From Phoronis australis (taxonomy: Eukaryota; Animalia; Phoronida), in contig NMRA01000088.1 of the NCBI GenBank assembly GCA_002633005.1, positions 182,186 to 246,185 of the forward strand: a stretch of DNA of 64,000 nt, read 5' to 3'. The notes below the pieces were generated by a model. That model did no database searches and was not told the origin of the DNA. It was given only the letters and a program-made list of their open reading frames with translations. Shown piece after piece: positions 53,310 through 64,000 of this stretch. The first letter of the stretch is position 1. Every line of letters starts with the position of its first letter. Both the position numbers and the translations under genes were made by a program.

Positions 53310-53394
53310 TCAATTGGAGTGTGAAAGCTAAGCGCAGGAACACAACAGGCACAGGAAGAATGAGGCATTTGAAGAAAGTCTTCAGGAGATTTAA
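53310..53394 (+). CDS. RPL37: Ribosomal protein L37, exon 3
   Basis: [29 protein letters not shown]; TTTCAG| and |GTAAGT. Confidence 0.98.
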
Positions 53395-54276
53395 GTAAGT
53401 CCTGTTCTATATCTGAAATCAAACCAACCCACTGAGGGCCTGCTTCGTGTGCAACACCGTCAGTTGGGTTCCGACTTGGATTGAAACCAGTGTGTACAAT
53501 GCTCCTTTGGTTCCCATTCAGTTTTAGCTTGCACTGTCCCTGGTGGACATTCTGAGAACTACTTGTGTCCGTGTAATGTTTGATTTAAGACTGTTTGAGA
53601 AAGTGGCATTATTATTCCTTAGCGTTTACTGCTTTTCCCTTTGTATGTCGCAAGCTGTTTTTTTCTGCTTTCACGAACTGCAGTGCATGGACTTTTGTGT
53701 GAAGCGCAGCATGCGGGTTTCTCCCTGAGCAAAATCTAAACACAGAGAAGTGCACGTCATGTTTCCGCACCGTAGTCTGATTTCAGTTAATACCTACAAT
53801 CAACTACAGTATCTTTCATAAGTAATCGGACAAAATGACTCGTCATTCTCTGTCATGAAGGCCGAGTGCAAGTGGAATTCTCTGTTGGAGTAACTAGAAC
53901 GACCCTTCAAGATAGGCCGTGATGGGAAACCATATTTTGTTGCAATTCCTTTTGTCCTGTACTGTATGGAATATTATACAAAGTACCACGGTGCATTGGT
54001 ATTTCAACCCTTCATCTTGTATAACAGATGAGATTCATGCTTTCTAAACACAGGTCAAGATTTTAAACATGACTCAAGGTTTCCAAATCCGACTTGGAAC
54101 TCTTGGAAAGAGTTGTGGTGGTGGACACCAGAACGCTGTTGGTGAAAACGTGCGATTTACGTGGGAAGCAGTGGGTGAAGGGGACAACAATCCGAGTTGC
54201 TAAGATCGACTCTTTAAATTGAGAAACTAGATCACAAGTTGGTGTACAGTAATGGAATGTTTAATTTTCCTTCTAG

Positions 54277-54361
54277 GAATGGTTTCCGTGAAAACACAGT
54301 GGCCAAGTCGAGGAAGAGGGGTGCACCGGCTGCCCCTGCCCAAGCTGTAGCCACCAAATAA
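54277..54361 (+). CDS. RPL37: Ribosomal protein L37, exon 4 (last)
   Basis: NGFRENTVAKSRKRGAPAAPAQAVATK*; total 102 aa. Confidence 0.95.
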
Positions 54362-54390
54362 ACACGAGTTACTTGTAAATTAAAAAAGTC

Positions 54391-54396
54391 AATAAA
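54391..54396 (+). terminator. RPL37 polyadenylation signal
   Basis: AATAAA 30 nt after the stop, followed by a GT/T-rich tract. Confidence 0.7.
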
Positions 54397-55510
54397 AATG
54401 TACATAACCATGTTGTATTTTGTTGCGAGTATTAGGCTGTAATGGAGTTATTTTGGTGAATGACAAATTTTTTAGTGTATTAACAAATGCCAACAATTTT
54501 AATAAGTTAATGCCTCGGTTATTTTTCTGCTCTGCACATTGGTTGTGCAGTGCTGGGAGGCACTGAAGTTAGTTTGACGTGGTTAAATGTTGAGACTGCT
54601 AGACAACGGCTATAGAGAATGTACCCACGTGCAGCCTAAATGGACCTTGAGTTGTATCTGCCTTGAATAAAATGTCAACCTAGCAGTAAATGTAGCTGTG
54701 CAATCCTCTCATGGGTAGTGTTTGATAAAATGGCGAATGCTCTAAGTCCTGAACTCAAAAGGCCAAGTGTCATTAAAATGAACCAGCATGGTGTTTGCAC
54801 CATGTGCAGCATCATCTGAAAATCCTTGTTGTGAGCCAACACTTAGTTTTGTGGTTATAAATATTGCCAGGTAGTGTTCGTTTTTTAAAAATTGGACTTG
54901 CACAAACTGCATGTATCTAATGGAGTCGATTGCTTCAATGAGACTTGACCACAATTCCATTTCCACACAACGTGGAATTGTTATGAGGACTTGACTGGGA
55001 CCTCGGGGGGGAGGAGGGGGGGTCTCGCGCTCAACCAGCTTTTCTACACTTATTTAAAAAAAGGTTTTGTCCAGTCGCATGTTGTGGGTCATAAATTGAG
55101 ATCATGTTAGTCATATTTCTTCAGACAGCTTTTATCACCAAACCATCGGCTTCATGGGTAGTAAATGTAATTGCCCAAATAGATCTGTGATCCCACACCG
55201 GAGTTGCTCCATTGACAACTCCAGACGGTCTCTCACGAGGATTTAACGTTTTGAGCTTAAGGATTTCGGCTTGACCTAATAATCCCAAAGGCTTTGCAGT
55301 GAACAAAAGGTTTCTTTAAAATCAAATATATTCATAAATATCAGTGCCATAATGTAACAGGCTGACAATTAATTTTCCACGAAACAAATATATGTACACT
55401 GAATCAACAAAGGCATTTGCATTGACACTGCTCATTTCTGTACAAAACATTTTGCAGCACTCTTAAATCAACAATTTTACCAGAACAACACTATCACCTA
55501 TTGAAGTGTT

Positions 55511-55751
55511 GGCGCCCGTTTCATGAAAGGAGACTAAGTTATAAAGTAAAAAACTTGATCATATGCTCCACGCAACTATTTTCAGAAAACGAAATCTCAC
55601 TTGAGCAAAAGTGAAAAGTCTGAGATAATTTTTATAAATACTTTCTAGACTGATATGCCCATAATGACTTTGCTTAACCTTTTACCAGCAATTGAGAGCA
55701 GGAGATCAAATTTCTGTCCTCAGTCTTATATCACTTTCATGAAAGGACCTC
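55511..55751. mobile_element. PIF/Harbinger-like MITE
   Basis: GGCGCCCGTTTCATGAAAG / CTTTCATGAAAGGACCTC inverted ends; termini resemble 18530-18826. Confidence 0.5.
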
Positions 55752-56573
55752 AAAGCTTCACGTCAGACTGATCAACTGTTACTGTATCTGACCACATTAT
55801 GTGCATACCACACATTTAGCATAATACCCACCCCAAAATTTTTCAAAATGCCTGTTCAACTAGACTCGACCCTAATTTCTCAATTTAAACAACATGCAAA
55901 TTAACCCAAACGAATAAGGTAAATTAAGGGTGGCGTGCATCAACTGAAACATATTATTAATTTTCAGTTCTGGAGGTGAGGATGCAAGTTGCAAGTCGGG
56001 TGGCAAACATTCCGTTTGTTTAGAAGAATGGATGACGATGTTATCAAAGGAAGTGTATATTTTGGCTGAACCTAAAAAAACGTAAACGATGACATCACAG
56101 AAAATAAAAACAATAGCACAACAACTCCCCGCCCCAGGAGAAACGTAACATCATTCCAAATCAAAACATCATATGCCCACATTTCCCATCAAACAATTTC
56201 AAACATTTTTAATAAGGCATTACAATTGTGGATCACTTACAGTTAAACTTCTTAAATTCAATATTTTGGCTTGATTTGCTTCTCATTTACAATCAACTAA
56301 TGACCTTCACACTTAATATTCTGGTTTCTTGCAAATTGCCAAAATTCAACAACCAAATACTTTTGTTCAAGTTTCTTTCCCTTTTACCTGGCACAAAACC
56401 ACAATGTCTGAACACCGATACTTGCTCCAAAAAGGATTCAGAACCACACAACTTGTGGTCGCTGTAAACCCACCGTACATCAAAAACTTCCGCTTTAGAC
56501 CACTCACCCGCATCGAGATCATTCCCAGCCCAGAAATCACTCGTCACCAAAATACGGAACAAACTGAGGTCTT

Positions 56574-56711
56574 GGTAGAGTTCAGCAACGCTAGGACCTT
56601 ACTAAAATCTAGCCAAAATCACGCATTCTCATTTAAAATACACGGCAATATCTCGCGTAATCTCATGAAGTCTTGCTATTTAGTGAGTTCCTAGCATTAC
56701 TGAACTCTACC
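56574..56711. mobile_element. ~135-bp MITE (best-preserved copy of its family), in or beyond the AMPK 3' UTR
   Basis: ~33-bp TIRs GGTAGAGTTCAGCAACGCTAGGACCTTACTAAA / TTTAGTGAGTTCCTAGCATTACTGAACTCTACC. Confidence 0.75.
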
Positions 56712-58243
56712 CTGTCCTCCTACATCAAAAGTTTATATCTTTGATCAAACGTGGGTTTGCAGCATCCTCAATGACACATGGCATGTGCATTACCCTGGCA
56801 CATATCTAGTACAACTTCCCAACACTTGAAGTGGAATTTGCAGAATAATTACTTATCTCAGTGATTGCGTGGTCAAATTAGAAACACAACATATAGCGAC
56901 GATATGAATATGAAGTAGGTTGACAATTGTCAAATGTTTTTAAGAACGAGTTTTGGGGCGAAAATGATCCGCCACAAATCACTGAACCGTGTCCAGTAAG
57001 TATCGTGACGTGGTGCTGGGGAATAACTCTGCATGATGCGGGCTACGTGAGCCCACTAGATAAGTCATTGGTGCAAAGGTTGTCTATTTGCAGATTTTTT
57101 TCACGTTTACAAGTTGCCACTGAATACAACTGCACTTTGTTTAGCATAAATTATGTTAAAATAGCACAGTGCTTTAGTTCCTGCTATACATTAGCACAGT
57201 TAGGAGCATGCAAATACATCTTTAACTTTTAAAACAAACACGTTTTGATTTAGCCCTTTTCGATCAGAAGAAATAATTAGTAGTTTCGAAACGAAGTGTG
57301 TTTACATTTGTTTTCCAAGACTCTACTATAATCAGGGTAGAGATCACTCGGATGCCAAAACTTGTCACATCTTACTGTGAAGTGTCACAAACCATGCTCA
57401 CAACATAAAACTAAGACACTGTTATTAATTTATCTTGAGTGCTGCAAAAGCAAACGTAATTACAATTAGCTTGTTGCCAGGTGACCTTGATGGCCGACAA
57501 GAAGTTTTGCGAGTATTGCACCTACTATGACACAAGTTGCTACAAATCACATATGTAGACACGGACGATCTGCTTGTCTTGTTAACAAAAATATGCAAAC
57601 TTATATCAACAAGTCTATCTACAAACACGACGCGGCCCAAAAGCACGGCTCGAGTCGCTTCTTGCTGCGTCCTGCGATTCCACTTCCTCTTTATGTATAT
57701 TTATGTACAGTTCTACTGTCAACGTTAGTTCCTAAGACTGTCATTTCAGTTGTGTTCGTGTAATGACACGGCACAGATGCCGATAATGCCGAGTCTCCCA
57801 AATCATCAAATGACATCCGACCCTCACGCAAAACGAGAAAGGAATACTCCTGAATGAAGATGCGCTCGATCACAGCCTACACCCACCCCATCAGTTCTGT
57901 TCAGATTAAACAATTATGGATTTCCCAATTTTGACATCTTCGTAAGACGATGCTTGAAACAGTCTTTGTTCTTTAACACACGATATTGGGAAACATTTAA
58001 AAATATTAAACTGTGAGCTAGGACATTTGTTCAGATGTTCTTCATCAATTTTCGAGTCGTTTCATTTTTTTAATGATGTTTCGGGACTACTGAGATACGT
58101 CTTGAAACACCATTTTGAGTGGCACATTCCACTGATGAAAACCTAACATCAACCGAAGGTGTCACTTTTTTAACTCGGAGTATTCTATCACCACACTATG
58201 AGACTGGCGCTGCCATCTAGTGCCCTAGTGCCACCCCGTAATA

Positions 58244-58356
58244 TCAGCGAGCAAGGGCTGTGATGAGACTGGAGCACATCTCAAAGAACTCCAACGTCTG
58301 ATGAGTTGACGGACTCGGTGAAGGTGGTGGGGTCTCACCCGACTCGGAACTGTCAC
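58244..58356 (-). CDS. PRKAA: AMPK catalytic subunit alpha, last exon
   Basis: ...HQTLEFFEMCSSLITALAR*, the conserved AMPK-alpha C-terminal helix/NES. Confidence 0.95.
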
Positions 58357-59140
58357 CTAAAACGTTATGGAAGAGTGGTTACGGAGAAATTCTACGAGTC
58401 TCAGCAACGTGGTTTTGAAAGTGCTGAAAGAGCAAGCAACCATCTGCCTAGACTTCTACAACTAAAGGAGTTTCCAAAAATAATAACAAGACCAGTACGT
58501 CACATATTGTCAGTGACCCCATCTCTCAGATACGAATACCCTATTTTCCGTACAACCACGAGGCCAAAAATCGCACAATTGGTTCTGGTCTGAGTCCAAT
58601 TCATTTCACCTGTCATCAGGTGATGCTCGTTGTAAAAAGACTGGTCCAGACCCAATTCAGCTGGTAATAGGTAACCTTTTCTTTTTGAAACCACGGACAA
58701 CTAAAACATATTGTATCAAAGCAAAAATTTAAAACAAAAATGGCACTGATTGGGCTACATTCATTGACTTAAGAGCTGCACGTTTAGTAAGTTAGTACTT
58801 ACTCAGACAAAAAATGCATCTGAATGAAGAGATCAACGATCGGGTGCCACTTCACACACCAGTCGCCGATTAAATTTTAAAGTCAGTTCGTCACTCACAC
58901 TGTGCCAGTCATGTGCCGCAATATTTCATAAAAATGGTTTTCCGAAAAATCTACCTTTCATACAGCTTTGCACAATTCATGGAAAAAACACCCTCAAAGG
59001 AGATGCTACCAGTTTTGGCCAGGCACGAAAATAACTGGGAGGCGCTTGTAAGGTCACGAGATTCTCAGGGGAGGGAAATATAAAATGCAATTTCATGTTC
59101 TCATACAAAAAGCAATAACACTTGTGCCAGACCAACTTAC

Positions 59141-59258
59141 TACTAAGTGAGACTCTGGACAGATCTTGCAGGTCGTCAGGGTCGGTACTGTAAAGACTTT
59201 TGAAGTCGAGCAGGTAGCTTTTGTGGTCCACCTGGTACAGCTGCAGACTCATCTTCAC
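59141..59258 (-). CDS. PRKAA: AMPK catalytic subunit alpha exon (C-terminal domain)
   Basis: VKMSLQLYQVDHKSYLLDFKS; TTCAG| and |GTAAGT. Confidence 0.96.
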
Positions 59259-59989
59259 CTGAACACAGAAGCGTAACAACAATGAACTGGAATTGTCTTC
59301 ATCTGAAGACGGACAAACACAAGTGAACAGAGATTATCTTGGCATGAGAACAGATGTGTTCAGAAATCACATTCCTAAGATGTCAAGACGCTGGTCAACT
59401 AGTCTAGTTCTTAACAAAGACAGAATATAGGAAGCTGAACCTTCACGTGAAGACAACAGAACGGAAGGCACTTACTAAAGATAGAATATAGAAAGCTGAA
59501 CCTTCATGTGAAGACAGAACGGAACGCACGTTCTTAACACATGAAGATGTGAACAAAAATCTCCAAAGCGGGAACACGGAAATTTGTCCACGTAACTAAA
59601 ACGGTCACTTCCCGCAACACCACATCCCCATTCCGATTCTACTACATTTGTCGACAATGCTGTGTGTCCGTACGACACGTGACCCACAAGTGTAGAAAGC
59701 TGGAGTGATTTTCCCTTTTTACGTTAAGATTTGTTTGCCAGTTGCTCCGAGGGCAATAAACTAGTCCTATGAATGAGGCATAATGAATCACTCTTTACTA
59801 AAGAATTTGGCTCAGAGGATAGTGAATTAGCAGCACTCCTTTTGAAAACTACGTCGATCCTGTGATGCATTTTTCTGCCTCCCAAAAGAGAAGAGTTGAA
59901 AGTGGGAAGAAGGAATTGGTCTTCACTTGAAAATTCAACGAGATTTATAGCGCAGCGAGTAACAAAACGTCAGAACAATTTCTACTCAC

Positions 59990-60055
59990 ACTTTTGTTGG
60001 TGACTCCATTCTTCTTGCGTACTCGCACGTGAAACGGGTTGATAACCTTCCACTC
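59990..60055 (-). CDS. PRKAA: AMPK catalytic subunit alpha exon
   Basis: EWKVINPFHVRVRKKNGVTNKS; 66 nt, phase 0-0. Confidence 0.95.
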
Positions 60056-60434
60056 CTACAACAGCAGTTGTAAACACAAACTGATAAACGTGTAAACAAA
60101 CACAAAATGACGTAACAATTTCCGGTACATGTATATGTATATATATCCGCTTCCCAGGAGCCTATTCATCTATTTTTTCACTATCGGCAACCTTTCTCAA
60201 TAAACTCGTGCAGAACTGGTAGTTCAACGAGATAGAACTTTTCCAAATTACTTTTTGGCGTAGAAATTAAATCAACGCTGAATGTACGGAAGCCTGCCGA
60301 TCCAGTTTATTGCCCGTGACCTACAGGTCTATGGAGATGCTGGGAACACTGCAAAGCTCTTTTGTAAACAGAATGAAGGAACACAAAACTGACAGTGGAG
60401 TCCAGCCACAAGTCCACACTAACTATCCGGACAA

Positions 60435-61250
60435 CATCAAGTCTTTATTGCCTAAAGAGCATCATAAAGAATTTGAATATCTCCACTGAATTAAGCATGC
60501 TACGACTTTTTAAGTCCACTGTCTTAATTTGCCTATAACATTTGCCCAGGTCATTACTAAATCAAGAGCCTTCGGTCTCCTAAACATCTAATCACACATA
60601 AAAAAGCCGAATCTCAATTGCCCTAAACACATCATGACTAATGAATTCGAGCGTTGTCACTGCCCCAAACATGTCACGACTCACAGATTCTAGTGTCTTC
60701 ATTGCCCTAAACAAATCGTAACTCAAAAAATCGACTGCTTCTTTGCCCTAAACAAGTCACAACTTTCTAAGTTGTGTCTTCATTGTCCTAACAAAGTTAT
60801 GACAAGTCAAGTGTCTTCATCGCCCTAAACAAGTCACAACTTATCAAGTCGTGGCTTCATTTCCCTCAACAAGTCACAACTTCTGAAGTCGTGGCTTCAT
60901 TGCCCTAAATGAGTCATAATTTACAAAGTCAAGTGTCTTCCCTGCCGTCAACATACCATTACTTACTAAGTTGAGTGTCTTCATCTCCCTAAACAAGTCA
61001 CAACTTACAAAGTCAAATCTTCATTACCCTAAAACAAGTCACAACTTACAAAGTCAAATCTTCATTACCCTAAAACAAGTCACAACTTACAAAGCCAAAC
61101 CTTCATTGCCCTAAAACAAGTCACAACTTAAAAAGTCAAATATACATTGCCCTAAAACAAGTTACGACTTACAAAGTCAAATCTTTATTGCCCTAAAACA
61201 ATTCATGACTTACAAAGTCGAGTGTCTTCATTGCCCTAAACACCTCATGC
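60435..61250. repeat. ~41-bp degenerate tandem array derived from the AMPK exon 3' end plus donor site (~19 units)
   Basis: Unit ~ACTTACAAAGTCRARTGTCTTCATTGCCCTAAACAAGTCACA; the last unit is the true exon/intron junction at 61208-61250. Confidence 0.9.
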
Positions 61251-61377
61251 ATGATGTCGTGAGGCTTGCTCTGAGACCGGATGCCCAGGTGCCATTTGGC
61301 CTTCTTCATGGGGGTCAATACCTTGGTCCGCTCTTTCGCGTTGAGCGCCTGCAGCGTATGAGAGACGTCCTTGAGGG
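61214..61377 (-). CDS. PRKAA: AMPK catalytic subunit alpha exon
   Basis: KKAKWHLGIRSQSKPHDIMHEVFRAMKTLDF, the hallmark AMPK-alpha CTD start. Confidence 0.97.
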
Positions 61378-63035
61378 CTGAAAATGACAAGAGCTCCCTG
61401 TAGCACAACTTCCACGATACCATACAATGTCAACAGTTTCGGCCAAAAATAATTACCAAAATTGCTTTTTTCATTTTCAAAGGTTAAAGATTGTCATGAA
61501 TGCCCATAATGTTTCAAATAATTTTCCGTTGGTAGTTATATGAACAGAACTTGAATACGCCAAAGCAATCTTTTGGTACCATCTATCATTTATAAAAAAA
61601 AGAGGAAATAAAATTTCACCCGTCCCCCATATTGTGTCCTAAACTTGTGAGATAATAGCGTTCTCAGCGGGGTATTACCAACAGTTTGACAAAAAATGGT
61701 GTTCAAAATTCTTTTCATAACTTCATGGAGTCAACTAGCTTGTTTGTCAGCTAGCTTGTTTTAGTGAATAACTAATCTATTTTGTCATTCTAACCTTAAA
61801 ATTTTGCACCTAAACCTGCAAAGGAACAATTTGATTATGCTTAAGATAGATAATTTTGATTCTGACTGAAATCTGGTGGCAAATTTTTAGTACTTATTAG
61901 CATATTCAACTGGACAGCAAGTGTCAATTGATATTAGAATTGGCATTGGTACTATTAAAGTTTGTTTGAGTCTGTCATGAATGCTTTGGAGGACTTGTGA
62001 AGATACACTGGTAGGAAAGCCACATTTAGAAGTGTTAAAAAGTAGGTCACACCAGTTCAGTATACATTTTTGAAACATACATAGGTATCTCCAGTGCAGT
62101 GGATAGGCTTAGGGAATGAACAGTGTTCACTACTGATAATGAACTCTTCTTTGCCTGGAGTTAGGAAATAGTATTGTGGAGAACACTGCAAACAATGCCA
62201 CTCCAACCAAGGAACAATCCCGAGATCAATTTTAACACCAACTGGTACAAATTAAGTTATGATATGAACCAACTTTGAGGAAATTTACGGTCAAGAAACA
62301 CAGTGTTGGAAACAGCGTTACAGGCCACAGACCGTCAATTTTCTGGAAACATCCACCTTGCATGTCATCATGTAGTGGAATTCTACCGAGGGACTATTCA
62401 GGGAATAACAACAGCAACTCTTCCTTTCGCAAAATGGTAATTTTTGAATTTTCAGAAAGTCAAACATGTTACAAATTAACAGAATGCACCATTCTGCTGT
62501 TTTATGACAGCCGCAGTGAACAAATCATGTTAATAACGATTGACGCAGAATTTCAAAAAATATTTTCGGTCCCGTAAACTATCACCAATTTAGTACACAA
62601 TATGGAGGACAGTTGACATTTAATTTCCTCCCTTTTTCCACGAAGGATAGGTAGCACCGGATTAATGACTTAACTTGCTCAAGCTACGGACAATACCAGC
62701 CACCAGACAAATATTTTCAAAAATTGTAGGCATTTATAACAAAGTTGGGCACCCAATTACTGGCAAGATTTTACTGTGGTTCTGTTGAGGAATTTGACAA
62801 AGGAAGAAATTTACATTTCCGCCTCATTGCCCGCTTAATAGGCAAAGATTTGGTTCACATTTCAAGAGCCTGAAGAGAAGTTGCTGTACTTTCCCTGGCC
62901 AATAGTCTGTGACCTTACGTTAATAGAATAGCAACATTGTACGTAACACGTTGGAAGGCAAAGAAGAGCCATTTCACTCCACCTAATCCTACAGACCACT
63001 GGTGCAATACTGTAAGTTTGCTAGGGCGTACTCAC

Positions 63036-63146
63036 GAGGCATCCTCTCGGGATGTGGCCGTACTGGGCTCGTGGCCACCATGAAGGCATCGTTGTTGACG
63101 GGCGGGCTCGAGGCGAGGTAGAAATCGCGGATCTCCATCTTGGCCG
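63036..63146 (-). CDS. PRKAA: AMPK catalytic subunit alpha exon (alpha-linker/RIM)
   Basis: AKMEIRDFYLASSPP...VRPHPERMP; CTGCAG| and |GTGAGT. Confidence 0.95.
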
Positions 63147-63560
63147 CTGCAGGGCAATGGGAACGAGTGAAATAAGAGGTAGGGTGGTTTTTAACGATTT
63201 TCGTAAAAAAATTTGTTGTGATATTGCAAGGCTTGAAGAATCAGCTCAATTAGTCATCACACAAACCACACACAAAAAAGCATCGGCCAGACGCACAGTA
63301 GTCCTTAAACATGACTATTTTGTCAAATGCACTAAAAGTCGAAAAAGCTGTAGTGCTAATTATGAAGAAAAGCGGTGGTGAAATTTCAGCAAAATAATTG
63401 CTCATTATTATGGCTGTGAAATTTCGACGACTTACAGAAATAAAAATGTTAACTGTCAATTTATTAAGAAACCTATTGGTAAGCACAAAACATCAAGCAG
63501 ACGTATCGAACACCAAGCAGACGTGCAGAATGTCAGGCAGAGGGACTAAGCTGTACTCAC

Positions 63561-63675
63561 TTTCGTCTGCTATCCGTTTGTTGTCGACGATCAGGTTATA
63601 GGCGATGACCAGCTGGTCGGTGGGATCGCCGCACAGCAGCGCCCTCTGTACCTCCTCGTCCTCGCATTGGAATTT
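63561..63675 (-). CDS. PRKAA: AMPK catalytic subunit alpha exon (autoinhibitory domain); kinase exons lie beyond the window
   Basis: KFQCEDEEVQRALLCGDPTDQLVIAYNLIVDNKRIADE; TTCCAG| and |GTGAGT. Confidence 0.95.
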
Positions 63676-64000
63676 CTGGAAGAGATGCCACAGATCAGAA
63701 GTAACAGGCAAGTAAGAGGACAGAGATGAATAGGTAAATGGCATGGGACACATGTGTACGTTTGACTAAGACACTTCTCTCACACTCCGTTTTTCATTTA
63801 TCTACCCAGGGGAGATAATAACGTAAACGTAATGGGCCTACGTATAGACGAAAATGAAAACAGCTGATAGTAGTACAGTAAAATGGAATGTTAAGTACAA
63901 TTGCACTTTCAGCATACGCCTTTTATTTGGATAATTAATATAATCCAAAATGTCAACACCATTCAATAGTACATGGGGCAGTAAAACTTTGAACAATTTT

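Noticed and set aside
60435-61250. CRISPR-like appearance of the ~41-bp array
   Set aside because: No unique spacers and no cas genes; eukaryotic intron; the unit derives from the adjacent exon junction.
62077-62154. Possible extra AMPK cassette exon after CCTAACTCCAG
   Set aside because: The better donor (GTATGT) gives a frameshifting 74-nt exon; the flanking exons already join in frame and the peptide is not AMPK-like.

Overview
Animal (eukaryotic) genomic DNA, AT-rich, repeat-dense and intron-rich. The protein wording of its AMPK and RPL37 genes looks invertebrate, probably lophotrochozoan (inference). The right half holds four genes: a two-exon Dapper/Dact-like gene (minus, 37087-39942), a six-exon FBXO4 orthologue (minus, 45775-50371) head-to-head with a four-exon RPL37 (plus, 50653-54361), and the last six coding exons of AMPK catalytic subunit alpha (minus, 58244-63675; 5' part outside the window). 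The left half holds a terminal exon with two C2H2 zinc fingers, an orphan single-pass membrane protein gene, a few unassigned minus-strand exon candidates, many MITE/SINE-type repeats, minisatellites, one N gap and two duplications split by a single N (probable assembly artefacts). The most interesting observations are a Dact-like gene in an apparently non-chordate genome, a tandem array amplified from an AMPK exon/5' splice-site junction, and PRKAA-RPL37-FBXO4 linkage resembling human 5p13. All homology calls come from recalled motifs, not from database searches.
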